Below are positions 1 to 9,470 of a stretch of 64,000 bases of DNA, one piece after another (within the stretch, counting starts at the first letter, position 1; each line of letters starts with the position of its first letter). A model generated the notes under the pieces. It saw only the letters and a list, made by a program, of their open reading frames with translations. It made no database searches and was not told where the DNA came from. This DNA comes from Dehalococcoidia bacterium (GTDB lineage: Bacteria; Chloroflexota; Dehalococcoidia; Lucifugimonadales; G958296245). A program made the position numbers and the translations under genes. Location: positions 393,883 through 457,882 of the forward strand of contig CBDHEI010000001.1 in the NCBI GenBank assembly GCA_965262055.1, given 5' to 3'.

Positions 1-1600
1 CTGGAGGCACCCAATGGGTGAAAGCACCAACCCACGCGCCACGCTCCGTTTCGACCGACGTGTACGGTTGGAGTTTCGCGGCGCTACCATCACCTCGGAC
101 GCCGGACTGCTGGCCTGTCGCGAGTTGGATGATGCACTGGGACTGACGGAGACGGCGAGTGAGTGTTTGCAGGAGACTCGGGGCGGTCGTAACGTGCAGC
201 ACCGATTGGTGGGCCTTCTCAGGCAGTCGGTGTACAGTCGTCTGGCGGGCTACGAGGATACCAACGACGCTGAACGGCTGGCCCAGGACCCGACGATGCG
301 GATCATCGTTGGACGGCGAGGTGGTCCTGAGAGACCGGCCGCCAGCACCAACACCATGAGCCGGTTCGAGACCGAGGTGCTCACCCAAGACGGCAACGTG
401 GAAGGGTTGGGCCGACTGAACGCTAAGTGGGTGGATGGAGCTATGTCCCGCACGCCGCACCGGCGGGTGATCTTGGACATGGACAGTTCGGAGAGTCCGG
501 TACATGGAGAACAGGAGGGAGCATCGTACAACGGTCACTTTGGGAGCACGTGCTATCACCCATTGTTCGTGTTCAACCAGTTCGGGGACTGCGAGGGGGC
601 CATGCTCCGTGCGGGCAACGTACATAGCGCGCACAGGTGGCGTGATGTATTGGATCCGATCCTGTCGCGTTACGGGGCGACAGGAGTGCGACGGTACTTT
701 CGCGCCGATGCCGCATTCGCCAAGCCGGACATCTATGAGTACCTCGAGGAGCGGCAGGTACTTTACGCTATAAGACTCCCCGGCAACGAGGTGCTGCAAC
801 GGGAGATCGCCCCTCTGCTCAGGAGGCCGGTGGGGAGGCCGCCGAAGCGTCCAGTGATCCTATACGACGACTTTTGGTATCGTGCCGGGAGTTGGAACCG
901 TGCTCGGCGGGTGGTGGCCAAGGTGGAATGGCATAGGGGAGAGCTGTTCCCTCGGGTGGGCTTCATCGTCACGAACATGTCGGCTGGCCCGGAAGGGGTA
1001 GTGCATTTCTACAATGGTCGTGGGACAGCCGAGCAGTGGATCAAAGAGGGCAAGTACGCCCTGAACTGGACTCGGCTGTCGTGCCATCGGTTCGTGGCCA
1101 ACCGGGTGCGTCTATCTCTGTTCGTTCTGGCGTACAACCTTGGGAACTTCCTGCGCCGGTTATGTCTGCCCAAGGCGGTCAAGCACTGGTCGCTGAGGAG
1201 CGTGCAGGTCAAGCTGATCAAGATGGGAGGTCGGCTGGTGCGCCACTCCCGGCGGTTGATCTTTCAGTTGTCCGAGGTGTCGGTTCCTCGACGGTTGTTC
1301 CAGGGAGTGTTGGATCGTATCGGCCGGTTATCGCCGGCGCCAAGCTGAGGGAGGGTACAACCACGATCTTGCCAAGAGGGAGAACGCTCCAGGGAGTCGC
1401 TTTGTCTTCCATGCGCTTTCACCCCATTGGCGGGGAGCCTGAAGACGACAAAGACGGACAAGAAGCATGGTCCACGGCAAGAATCGCATCCCTTATCGGA
1501 TAGACCGGAGATTGACTGGCCTTGCAGACCTGAATATGATGCCACTATCTCGTTCGGGCTGCTCTTTGAGCCTGAAGACTCACAATATGGGAAATCCCGG
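1..1600 (+). mobile_element. IS1380-family insertion sequence, copy 1 (left end lies outside the window)
   Basis: Transposase ORF plus terminal AATATGGGAAATCCCGG at 1584-1600, the exact reverse complement of 27994-28010. The 3' non-coding part is homologous to copy 2. Confidence 0.9.
14..1348 (+). CDS. IS1380-family DDE transposase
   Basis: 444 aa with ITSDAGLL, GYEDTND, ILDMDSS, YNGHF, RADAAF, FYNGRGTAEQWIKEGK and FVANRVRL motifs typical of IS1380/DDE_Tnp_1_4. Confidence 0.95.
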   Translation: MGESTNPRATLRFDRRVRLEFRGATITSDAGLLACRELDDALGLTETASECLQETRGGRNVQHRLVGLLRQSVYSRLAGYEDTNDAERLAQDPTMRIIVGRRGGPERPAASTNTMSRFETEVLTQDGNVEGLGRLNAKWVDGAMSRTPHRRVILDMDSSESPVHGEQEGASYNGHFGSTCYHPLFVFNQFGDCEGAMLRAGNVHSAHRWRDVLDPILSRYGATGVRRYFRADAAFAKPDIYEYLEERQVLYAIRLPGNEVLQREIAPLLRRPVGRPPKRPVILYDDFWYRAGSWNRARRVVAKVEWHRGELFPRVGFIVTNMSAGPEGVVHFYNGRGTAEQWIKEGKYALNWTRLSCHRFVANRVRLSLFVLAYNLGNFLRRLCLPKAVKHWSLRSVQVKLIKMGGRLVRHSRRLIFQLSEVSVPRRLFQGVLDRIGRLSPAPS

Positions 1601-1908
1601 ACAAAGTGTTTCCCTACGGTATCATCTGTGCGCGCTACGCGGAAACCGCTCTGTCTAGGGCAGGATGATGCGAGCCAAGGAACGGAGGAGCAAGGTGGCC
1701 AAGAGACGAGGAGCAAAAGACCGACCGCGTCCAGCCATCCAAGCCGATACCGCCAATCTCCGGCACCTTCGAGAGCGTGCTCCAGGCTCTAGTCCGGCCA
1801 CGCCCTGCAAAGCAGCCCAAGCGCAGCCCCTAGGGTAGCGCCGATGATTGCCCTAACCCCCATCCGACGCCCAAACGGCCAAGAATACCCCCCTCAAGTG
1901 AGGTTGAC

Positions 1909-2355
1909 ATGCCGCGGAACATGAAACTTTGGGCCGGCGGTCTGCTCGGCGTGCTCTTGGTCGCGGCGTGCGGCGGGGGGCAAAGTGTCTTCTCGCTGGA
2001 GGTCGGAGACTGCTTTGACGACCCGGCCAGCCAGACCGCCGAGGTGTCGGACGTCGACGAAGCCTCATGCTCGGAGGGCCACGACAACGAGGTCTACGCG
2101 GTCGCCGACCACCCCGCGAGCGACGGCGCGCCGTTCCCCGGCGATGAAGTGCTTGACTTCTACAGCAGTGGCTACTGCCTCAGTGAATTCGAGACCTACG
2201 TCGGAATCACCTACGAGGAGTCCCGTCTCGACTTTGGTTACCTCTACCCTCTACGGGACGGATGGGAGCAGGACGGCGACCATGAGGTCACCTGCTACCT
2301 CTACGACCTGGAATTCGCCAAACTCACGGGGTCAATGAAGGGCAGTGGTGAGTAG
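1909..2355 (+). CDS. Lipoprotein with septum-formation-family (Septum_form-like) Cys-rich domain
   Basis: Lipobox LVAAC; pattern LEVGDCF..C..H.NEVY..C..F..YVG..YP...W..GD..V.C; GAGG RBS. Confidence 0.75.
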   Translation: MPRNMKLWAGGLLGVLLVAACGGGQSVFSLEVGDCFDDPASQTAEVSDVDEASCSEGHDNEVYAVADHPASDGAPFPGDEVLDFYSSGYCLSEFETYVGITYEESRLDFGYLYPLRDGWEQDGDHEVTCYLYDLEFAKLTGSMKGSGE

Positions 2356-2448
2356 CCCTCGCCGCGTGATCCAGCCTCGTGGGCAAAATCCCGCATAGGC
2401 CCCTTTGCTTTGGCCTGCGCCGCTATCCCGCCCGCTCCGCCCTCCGGC

Positions 2449-2471
2449 GGGGGCTGCGCCCCCTGCACCCC
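2449..2471. repeat. Short palindromic REP-like motif GGGGC-TGC-GCCCC-CTGCACCCC
   Basis: Hairpin; a related motif GGGGCTCCGCCCCTCTGCACAC occurs at about 38158-38179. Confidence 0.45.
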
Positions 2472-2496
2472 GATCGGCGAGACGATAGCCCGTATA

Positions 2497-3879
2497 ATGG
2501 CCCCGCTCCCGGCCCGGTACACAGACACAAGGCACACCACTCTGTATTCGGCAGCAACCATAGTGCAAGAACCAACCTCGGAGTGGGACGACGTATTCGA
2601 CCAGCTCGACTGGCTGCCAGGCGGCCGTCTCAACCTCGCGCACGAAGCGATAGACCGCCATGCCGCCACGGAAACCGCCGGCTCCACGGCGCTGATATGG
2701 GAGGGCGGCCTGGGTGAGCGGGAAGAGTACACCTTCGCGGAGATGAAGACGCTCTCGGACCTCTTCGCGTGCGTCCTGCGGAATCTGGGCGGCGTGAAGG
2801 GAGACCGCGTATTCATCCTTCTCGATTCGACGCCGGAGCTCTTCGTGGCGTACCTGGGGGCGCTGAAATTAGGCGCGATAGCCTGCGCTCTCCCGCCGGA
2901 GCTGGATGCCGACGACGCAAGGCGCAGGCTGGCGAGTGCGGGCGCCAAGATCGTCGTTACCGATCCCAGGGTGCGCCGGCGGCTCTCCTCGATCGTGTAC
3001 CATCTCTTCGATCTGCAGCACATCATCGTCGTCAACAAGGACGGGCGCGACCCGTTCCCCATCGATCCGGCTGACCTGAGCTACGAAGAAGAGATGGGGA
3101 AAGCATCCGGCGATTCGGTTATGGAAGCGACGGGCCAATACGATCCCGCACTCATTGACTACCCTCCGAGCGGCGGCGGCGAGCCTCTCGGGGCCCTGCA
3201 CCGCCACATATCGGCGGCGCAGCACCTCGTGACAGGCATGTGGGCGCTCTGCCTGGATAGAGGCGACGTCTACTGGTGCAATGCCCCGCCCGGAAGCCCT
3301 GCGTGGCCGTCCCTCGGCATGCTTGCGCCCTGGACGGCCGGCGCCACGGTGCTCTGTGTAGAAGTGGCGGTGGACGCCGATAACTGGGCTGATCTCGTCA
3401 GCCGCCACGGCGTATCCGTTGCCTACGTCGACGCCGATACGGCGCTGAGGTTAGCCTGTACCGCCCCGCCAAGCGACGACAGCCTAGCCCTGCGTCGTCT
3501 CCTGCTCGGCGCGGCCAACGACTCCTATGCCGTATCATGGCCCGAAGACGCCATGGGCGTCCCGTTCCGGCAGTGCTGGAGCCAGACGGAGACTGGGACC
3601 GTCGTAGTCGCCGACGCCGGCGAAGCACCGAGACGCGGCCCGGCCGGGATGCCAGCACCGGGGATCGGTGTGAGCATACGTGACGACGACATGGACCCCT
3701 TGCCTGCAGGAGAGGTAGGCCACCTAACGCTCCGGCCCGGCTGGCCGTCGATGTTCTCGACATACTGGGGCGACACAGAAGCCTACAACTCGCGCTTTAG
3801 CAGAGGATGGTACGTGACCGGAGAACTGGCTCGCATGGACGACGAGGGATATATCTGGCTCGAAGGGCCCCGAAAGTAA
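2497..3879 (+). CDS. Acetyl-CoA-synthetase-like AMP-binding protein, degenerate and lacking the C-terminal subdomain (start uncertain; GTG 2563 possible)
   Basis: LNLAHEAIDRH, KGDRVF, GALKLGAI, WSQTETG, LRPGWPSMF..YW, WYVTGE..RMDDEGYIW motifs; ORF ends right after the hinge. Confidence 0.75.
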   Translation: MAPLPARYTDTRHTTLYSAATIVQEPTSEWDDVFDQLDWLPGGRLNLAHEAIDRHAATETAGSTALIWEGGLGEREEYTFAEMKTLSDLFACVLRNLGGVKGDRVFILLDSTPELFVAYLGALKLGAIACALPPELDADDARRRLASAGAKIVVTDPRVRRRLSSIVYHLFDLQHIIVVNKDGRDPFPIDPADLSYEEEMGKASGDSVMEATGQYDPALIDYPPSGGGEPLGALHRHISAAQHLVTGMWALCLDRGDVYWCNAPPGSPAWPSLGMLAPWTAGATVLCVEVAVDADNWADLVSRHGVSVAYVDADTALRLACTAPPSDDSLALRRLLLGAANDSYAVSWPEDAMGVPFRQCWSQTETGTVVVADAGEAPRRGPAGMPAPGIGVSIRDDDMDPLPAGEVGHLTLRPGWPSMFSTYWGDTEAYNSRFSRGWYVTGELARMDDEGYIWLEGPRK

Positions 3880-3903
3880 CATGGAGTAAGGGAGGTTCAC
3901 ACG

Positions 3904-4950
3904 ATGGGAAGCAACGCTGCAGTGCCGTGGTTCAGGGAGACGGAGCTATTCACATCAGGCGCGGAGGGTTACCACACCTTCAGAATTCCAGGCCTCGTCG
4001 TGGCCGGCGACGGCACGATACTGGCCTTCACCGAGGGACGCCGGGACGGGCACCACGACTATCACGCCCTCTACATGCTGCTCAAGCGCAGCACCGACAA
4101 CGGGGCGACGTGGGGCCCCCTCCAGGTGCTCGACGGCGACGGGACGCGGACCCACCACAACCCGACCCCCGTCTACGACCGGGATACCGGCCTAGTCTGG
4201 CTGGCGTACAACATCGACGCGGACCGGTTCATGGTCATGAGCAGCGCCGACGCCGGCGCGACGTGGTCCGAGCCGATCGACGTATCCGACCAGGTGCGCA
4301 AGCCGGGCATGACCTTCTGCGTTGCCGGGCCGGGACACGGCATCCAGCTCAAGGACGGTTCGCTGGTCATTCCATGCGACCACCACATGGGGATGCGCAT
4401 GGACTCCATCTACAATACGTCCCACGTCGTAATCAGCAGCGACCACGGGGCGACCTGGCAGATGGGAGGCTCGCTCAGCGGGAGCACGGACGAGTGCGAA
4501 GTCGTCGAGACCCAGGACGGCTCGCTCTACATGGCGGTCCGAGGCCAGCGCAACCGGGCCGACTGCCGCTACTGCTCCTGGAGCAGCGACGGAGGGCTCA
4601 CGTGGTCCGACATAGAGATGCTTACCGAGATCCCCGACCCGCATTGCCAGGCGAGCATCACCAGGTTTACTTCAGAGGAAGGCCACGGCAAGAACAGGAT
4701 CCTCTTCTCCAACGTCTCCAGCGCGACGAGAGACCACCTCACCGTCAGGATCAGCTACGACGAGTGCAAGACCTGGACGTCGCCTAAGATCATATACCCG
4801 GGCCCGGCCGCTTACTCTGAGCTGGCCGTCGCCGCCGACATGTCGATCCTGTGCCTGTACGAGCGGGGTATCGACGGCCCGTACGAGAGCATCAGGATGG
4901 CCCAGTTCAACCTGGAGTGGCTGACCGACGGCCAAGACACCCTGGGGTAG
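3904..4950 (+). CDS. Sialidase/neuraminidase (GH33-like, BNR repeats)
   Basis: FRIP motif, Asp-boxes STDNGATW, SADAGATW, SSDHGATW, SSDGGLTW, SYDECKTW, and AYS near the C-terminus. Confidence 0.9.
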   Translation: MGSNAAVPWFRETELFTSGAEGYHTFRIPGLVVAGDGTILAFTEGRRDGHHDYHALYMLLKRSTDNGATWGPLQVLDGDGTRTHHNPTPVYDRDTGLVWLAYNIDADRFMVMSSADAGATWSEPIDVSDQVRKPGMTFCVAGPGHGIQLKDGSLVIPCDHHMGMRMDSIYNTSHVVISSDHGATWQMGGSLSGSTDECEVVETQDGSLYMAVRGQRNRADCRYCSWSSDGGLTWSDIEMLTEIPDPHCQASITRFTSEEGHGKNRILFSNVSSATRDHLTVRISYDECKTWTSPKIIYPGPAAYSELAVAADMSILCLYERGIDGPYESIRMAQFNLEWLTDGQDTLG

Positions 4951-5010
4951 CACTCGGCCATTGCCGGCAGGCGCGTCCCCGCCAAGAACCCAAACGAAAG
5001 GAAGCGGTTA

Positions 5011-6009
5011 ATGGACAGACTAAACGTTGCGGTCATCGGTTGCGGCTCACATGCGGAGAGCCACTTCCGGGAGATCGCCGACGAGCCGAGGCTGCGCCTG
5101 CAGGCCATCGCGGAGATCAACCCGGAGCGGCTCCAGGCTGCCGCCGCAAAGCACAAGCCCAACCACGCCTTCTCCGACTACCGCGAGATGCTGGACAAGG
5201 CCGAGATCGACATCGTCTACGTCGTCACGGTGCCCGGCCACCTCCTTCCAATCGTGCTTGACTGCCTCGACCGGGACGTGCACGTTTCGGTGGAGAAGTC
5301 GCCGGGAATGTCCTCGGACGAGACCCTGCAGATGGTCGACGCCGAGCGCAAGAGCAAGGCGAAGGCCATCGTCTCGTTCAATCGCCGGTACTTCCCGGAG
5401 GTACTCGCCGTCAGGCGGCTGGTCCAGCAGCAGGGCGGGGCCGTCCACTGCGCCGCCACCTACAACAAGCCCCTAACCGCCATTGGCACGCCCAGGACCC
5501 AGGAGCTCTTCCCCGACCCGCTCATCTGCGACTCGATCCACCTGGTAGACCTGCTCCGCTGGCTGTCCGGCCCGAACGACAGCGCCGCCCGCGCGACCGA
5601 GGTCTATTCGGAGGTCCAGGACGGCGACCGGCCCGGCGCCCACCGGAACAACGCCGTCATCAAGTTCGACAGCGGGTCCTTCGGCGCCATGATGAGCCAC
5701 TATGGCATCGGCTACCGCATCCAGCGCGCGGAAGTCCACGCCGAGGACACCTCGGCCTACTTCGAGTTGACGCGCGGCACCCACTACGACCTGTACCGGG
5801 CGCACCCGGCGGAAAACGACACTACGGCAGGCGCACTGATCGAGGAGCCTTTGGACCTGGAGCCCGTCGGCGGCAGCGGGTTCAACGAGACGCAGCACTT
5901 CGTAGACTGCATTCTCGAAGACCGCACGCCGTGGTCTTCGCTGGAGGACTCGGTGCACACCATGAAGCTGTGCGAGGCGATCAGGAACGGCCACAAGGGC
6001 GCCATTTAG
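5011..6009 (+). CDS. Gfo/Idh/MocA-family oxidoreductase
   Basis: VAVIGCG, VEKSP, FNRRY, IHLVDLL motifs. Confidence 0.9.
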   Translation: MDRLNVAVIGCGSHAESHFREIADEPRLRLQAIAEINPERLQAAAAKHKPNHAFSDYREMLDKAEIDIVYVVTVPGHLLPIVLDCLDRDVHVSVEKSPGMSSDETLQMVDAERKSKAKAIVSFNRRYFPEVLAVRRLVQQQGGAVHCAATYNKPLTAIGTPRTQELFPDPLICDSIHLVDLLRWLSGPNDSAARATEVYSEVQDGDRPGAHRNNAVIKFDSGSFGAMMSHYGIGYRIQRAEVHAEDTSAYFELTRGTHYDLYRAHPAENDTTAGALIEEPLDLEPVGGSGFNETQHFVDCILEDRTPWSSLEDSVHTMKLCEAIRNGHKGAI

Positions 6010-6141
6010 AGCATGAATTCCTCAGACAAACCGTCGTTCTGAGAATCGGCGGAGCCCCGAATAAGGCGTGAAAGCCGGCAGGTTGGAGCTAACGAATCCG
6101 ACAGTGTATAATGGCGTCGAACTTCACTCTAGGAGGTAGGA

Positions 6142-6432
6142 ATGCCAACGTTCACAGTCATGTCGCTAGAAGACGCGGCCATGTACTCCGCAACGGGGAA
6201 ACGGGCCCAGATCACCAGGGAATACGTCGGCTATATCGATGAGCTGAGAGCAGGACAGTCAGGCGTACTCCAGCTAGACGAAGGCGAGACAGTAACCACG
6301 GTAAAGCGCAGGCTGAGTACCGCCGCAAAGGCCGCGCGCAAGCAGGTCTCTGTCGACCGCGTGGCAAACAATTCCATCTACTTCTCGGTCAAGCGAAGGG
6401 GCCCGGGAAGGCCAAAAAAGAGCGAGGCGTAA
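6142..6432 (+). CDS. Small basic protein with C-terminal AT-hook-like motif
   Basis: 96 aa, AGGAGG RBS, upstream TATAAT, ends KRRGPGRPKK. Confidence 0.75.
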   Translation: MPTFTVMSLEDAAMYSATGKRAQITREYVGYIDELRAGQSGVLQLDEGETVTTVKRRLSTAAKAARKQVSVDRVANNSIYFSVKRRGPGRPKKSEA

Positions 6433-6457
6433 GTCGGCTGATAGGCAGCGTTTTCTG

Positions 6458-6503
6458 GGCGGATGCGGGATGGCTTATCGATGCGAAAACTCCCGCATCC
6501 GCC
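6458..6503. terminator. 13-bp inverted repeat between convergent genes
   Basis: GGCGGATGCGGGA (6458-6470) pairs with TCCCGCATCCGCC (6491-6503). Confidence 0.6.
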
Positions 6504-6550
6504 ATGCAATAGTTCCGATAGACTAACTCTCTACTCTCTCTTCCCCGCGG

Positions 6551-6985
6551 TCAATGGGACGAAATAGTGTCCTCGATCGCACCCCATGTCAGCAGCGCGC
6601 ACTTGATACGCACCGGGAACTCGCGTACGCCGACCAGCGTACTCAGCTCGCCCATGTTCTGACGCTCTTCGTCAGTCAATTCGCCCTTCATCATGCTGGC
6701 AAACGACGCCCTGAGGGCGTCGGCCTGCGCTAGGGTAAGGCCCAGGACGGCCTCCGACGCCATGGAGGCTGTCGCCTGGTTGATAGCGCAACCCTCAGCC
6801 TGCACGCCTACCTCGACGATACGCCCCTGCTCGAGGACCATCTGCACGGCGACCTCGTCGCCGCAGAACGGGTTTACTGCGCGGCCTGAGAGGTCGGGGC
6901 TGGATAGCTCGCGCCGGTTGCGCGGGTGGCGCCGGTGCTCCAGGATCGCGTCCTGGTACATCTCATCTAGCGGGCGAGCCTCCAT
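6551..6985 (-). CDS. sufU: SufU (NifU/IscU-like) sulfur-transfer protein, second copy
   Basis: YQDAILEH, NPFCGD, GCAINQA, RIKCA; directly follows sufS. Confidence 0.9.
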   Translation of the reverse strand: MEARPLDEMYQDAILEHRRHPRNRRELSSPDLSGRAVNPFCGDEVAVQMVLEQGRIVEVGVQAEGCAINQATASMASEAVLGLTLAQADALRASFASMMKGELTDEERQNMGELSTLVGVREFPVRIKCALLTWGAIEDTISSH

Positions 6986-8207
6986 CTGCAAAGTATCGCA
7001 ATGCCCGCTTCACCGCGTCAACCAGCGCGTCCACTTCCTGCTCGGTGTTGTAGACGTAGAGGCTCGCCCTGGCCGTGGCGGGCACTCCGAGCACGCCCAT
7101 CAGAGGCATGGTGCAGTGGTGGCCCGTCCTTATCGCCACGCCCTCCTGGTCCAGGAAAGTCCCCAGGTCGTGCGGATGCACGTCGAACGAGTGGAAGGAC
7201 AGGATCCCGCCCCGCCGGTCAACGTCCATCGGCCCGAACAGGTCTACCTCTTCCAGCTCCCTGAACGCGTCCAGCGCGTAGGCCGTAAGCTGCTTCTCGT
7301 GCTCGCGCACGTTTTCCATGCCCAAGCCCGTAAGGTAGTCGACGGCGACTCCCAGCGCTATTGCGTCGGCGATATTCGGCGTGCCGGCCTCGAAGCGCAT
7401 CGGCAGCTCGTTCCAGCTCGCGTTCTCGTACGACACCTCCAGCACCATCTCCCCGCCGTGGAGAAACGGCTCCATCTGCTCTAGAATCTCCCGCCGCGCG
7501 TAGAGGGCGCCGATGCCGGTCGGCCCCATCATCTTGTGCCCAGAGAGCGCAAGGAAGTCGCAACCTAAGTCCTCTACGTCCACCGGCTGGTGCGGTACGC
7601 TCTGCGCCCCGTCCACCAGCACTGCCGCGCCCACGGACCGGGCCATGCCGGCCAGCTTCTTGACCGGTACCACTGTGCCCAGCGAGTTGGACACCTGCGT
7701 TACGGCCAGCAGCTTCGTCTTGGCGTTTATCACCGAGGCCGCGCCGACCATGTCCACCGCCCCGTCCTCCGTCAGGTCCAGGAACCTCAGCGCGGCGCCA
7801 TTCCTGGCCGCGATCCTCTGCCAGGGCACAAGGTTGCTGTGGTGCTCCAGGCGGGTCACCACGATCTCGTCACCCTCGGAGATGTTGCTCTCCGCCCAGC
7901 TATGCGCGACGAGGTTGATCGACTCGGTCGCGTTGCGCGTCCAGATGATCGACTCCGGCGTCTCCGCGTTGATGAAGCGGGCGACCTTCTCGCGCGCCTC
8001 CTCGTACCGGTCCGTCGCCTCCATGCTCAGGGTGTGCACCCCTCGATGGACGTTGGAGTTGTACGTCTCGTAGTACTCGGTCAGCGCCTGGATTACGGCA
8101 CGGGGCTTCTGCGACGTCGCCGCGTTGTCCAGGTACACCAGCGGCTTCCCGTGGACCTTCCTGGACAGGATGGGAAAATCGTTCCTTATTCTCTCAACGT
8201 CAAGCAA
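6963..8207 (-). CDS. sufS: Cysteine desulfurase SufS
   Basis: YLDNAATSQKP, SGHKMMGPTGIG, RTGHHC (class II). Confidence 0.97.
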   Translation of the reverse strand: MLDVERIRNDFPILSRKVHGKPLVYLDNAATSQKPRAVIQALTEYYETYNSNVHRGVHTLSMEATDRYEEAREKVARFINAETPESIIWTRNATESINLVAHSWAESNISEGDEIVVTRLEHHSNLVPWQRIAARNGAALRFLDLTEDGAVDMVGAASVINAKTKLLAVTQVSNSLGTVVPVKKLAGMARSVGAAVLVDGAQSVPHQPVDVEDLGCDFLALSGHKMMGPTGIGALYARREILEQMEPFLHGGEMVLEVSYENASWNELPMRFEAGTPNIADAIALGVAVDYLTGLGMENVREHEKQLTAYALDAFRELEEVDLFGPMDVDRRGGILSFHSFDVHPHDLGTFLDQEGVAIRTGHHCTMPLMGVLGVPATARASLYVYNTEQEVDALVDAVKRALRYFADGGSPAR

Positions 8208-8220
8208 CGTAACTTCCTCG

Positions 8221-8526
8221 TCAGACCTCGATCTGTATCTCTTCGCCTTCTACCCTGACCGGAAAAGTGTCGACTCCCATGAATGCGGGGGCCGCCGTCG
8301 CCTCCCCCGTCCTGACGTCGAACCTTGCGCCGTGGAGCGGACACTCGATCTCGAAGCCCTCAAGCTCCCCCTCGTTCAGCTCGCCGTAGTCGTGCGTGCA
8401 GATGTTGCCGATGGCGCATATACGTCCCTCGGCGTTACAGATGGCTATGTCTCTGTCCCCCACCGTAACCGCCTTCGCCGTGCCGGCAGGCACGTCCGCG
8501 AGCTTTGCCACTGTGACGTATCCCAT
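8221..8526 (-). CDS. Rieske [2Fe-2S] ferredoxin
   Basis: CTH...CPLH motif, 101 aa. Confidence 0.92.
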   Translation of the reverse strand: MGYVTVAKLADVPAGTAKAVTVGDRDIAICNAEGRICAIGNICTHDYGELNEGELEGFEIECPLHGARFDVRTGEATAAPAFMGVDTFPVRVEGEEIQIEV

Positions 8527-8545
8527 TGATCCCTCCTCGAGGCTG

Positions 8546-8989
8546 CTATACGACCGCCAGCGGGCGTTGTTGTTCCGCCATACGCCGCGTCCGGTCCGTC
8601 AGGTCCGCAATCGTCGTGGAGTTGAGCACCCTTGCAATGGCCTCCTCGACCTCCTTCCACACCTCACGCTGCATGCACGACGGCGTAAGGTCGCACTGAT
8701 CGGCGTCGTCGAGACAGTTCACCAACGTCTGCGTCCCGCCGAGGTAGTCCATGACCATACCCATCGTTATCTCGGAAGGGTCGCGCGCCAGGGTGTGTCC
8801 GCCCTGCCGTCCACGGCGGCTACTGACCAAGCCCTCCTTCTGGAGAGTATGCAGCACCCGCGCAAGGTACGGCTCGGGTATGCTCATGCGCTTGGCGATC
8901 TGACCGGCGCGGACCGAGCCTTCGCCGGCGTGCTCCGTGAGGTCCACCAGCGCCCGTATGCCGTAGTCGACCTGTATGGGAACGTGCAT
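8546..8989 (-). CDS. Rrf2-family (IscR-like) transcriptional regulator
   Basis: YGIRAL, YLARVL..L...GLV.S.RG..GG..LAR and three Cys (CLDDADQCDLTPSC). Confidence 0.92.
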   Translation of the reverse strand: MHVPIQVDYGIRALVDLTEHAGEGSVRAGQIAKRMSIPEPYLARVLHTLQKEGLVSSRRGRQGGHTLARDPSEITMGMVMDYLGGTQTLVNCLDDADQCDLTPSCMQREVWKEVEEAIARVLNSTTIADLTDRTRRMAEQQRPLAVV

Positions 8990-9011
8990 CGGAGCCCTCC
9001 TCTACCGAGTC

Positions 9012-9470
9012 CTACTCAGTCTTGACGGTCTCATCCTGCTCGTTCAGCGCGGTCGCCAGAGCGTGCCACGCCAGCGTCGCGCACTTCACCCGGATGGGAA
9101 ACTCTGACACACCCGCAAGCATCTCGAGGTCCTCCAGCTCGTCGCCGGCCTCGAATTCCTCCCCGGGAGGCCGGGTAACCATGCTGCGGAACGACTCGAA
9201 GATCTCCCTCGCCTCGTCGACGCTCTTGTCCTTGATACTCTCCGTCATCATCGAAGCCGACGCCTTCGATATCGCGCACCCGCTCCCCTGGAACCCCACG
9301 TCCGAGATGACGCCGTTCTTGTCGACGCGGAGGCCCAGCGACACCTTGTCGCCGCACAGCGGGTTGAACCCCTCGGCACTGCGGTTGGCGTCGGGAAGCA
9401 GGCGGAAGTTGCTGGGCTTCCGCGAGTGCTCCAGGATCACATCCTGGTATAGGTCGTCCAGCATGGTCAT
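9012..9470 (-). CDS. sufU: SufU, first copy
   Basis: LYQDVILEH, NPLCGD, GCAISKASAS, RVKCATL. Confidence 0.93.
   Translation of the reverse strand: MTMLDDLYQDVILEHSRKPSNFRLLPDANRSAEGFNPLCGDKVSLGLRVDKNGVISDVGFQGSGCAISKASASMMTESIKDKSVDEAREIFESFRSMVTRPPGEEFEAGDELEDLEMLAGVSEFPIRVKCATLAWHALATALNEQDETVKTE

Noticed and set aside
1349-1600. Structured non-coding or guide RNA in the conserved 3' region of the IS
   Set aside because: Conservation is explained by being part of the same IS; no convincing structure was seen and no RNA-guided nuclease is encoded.
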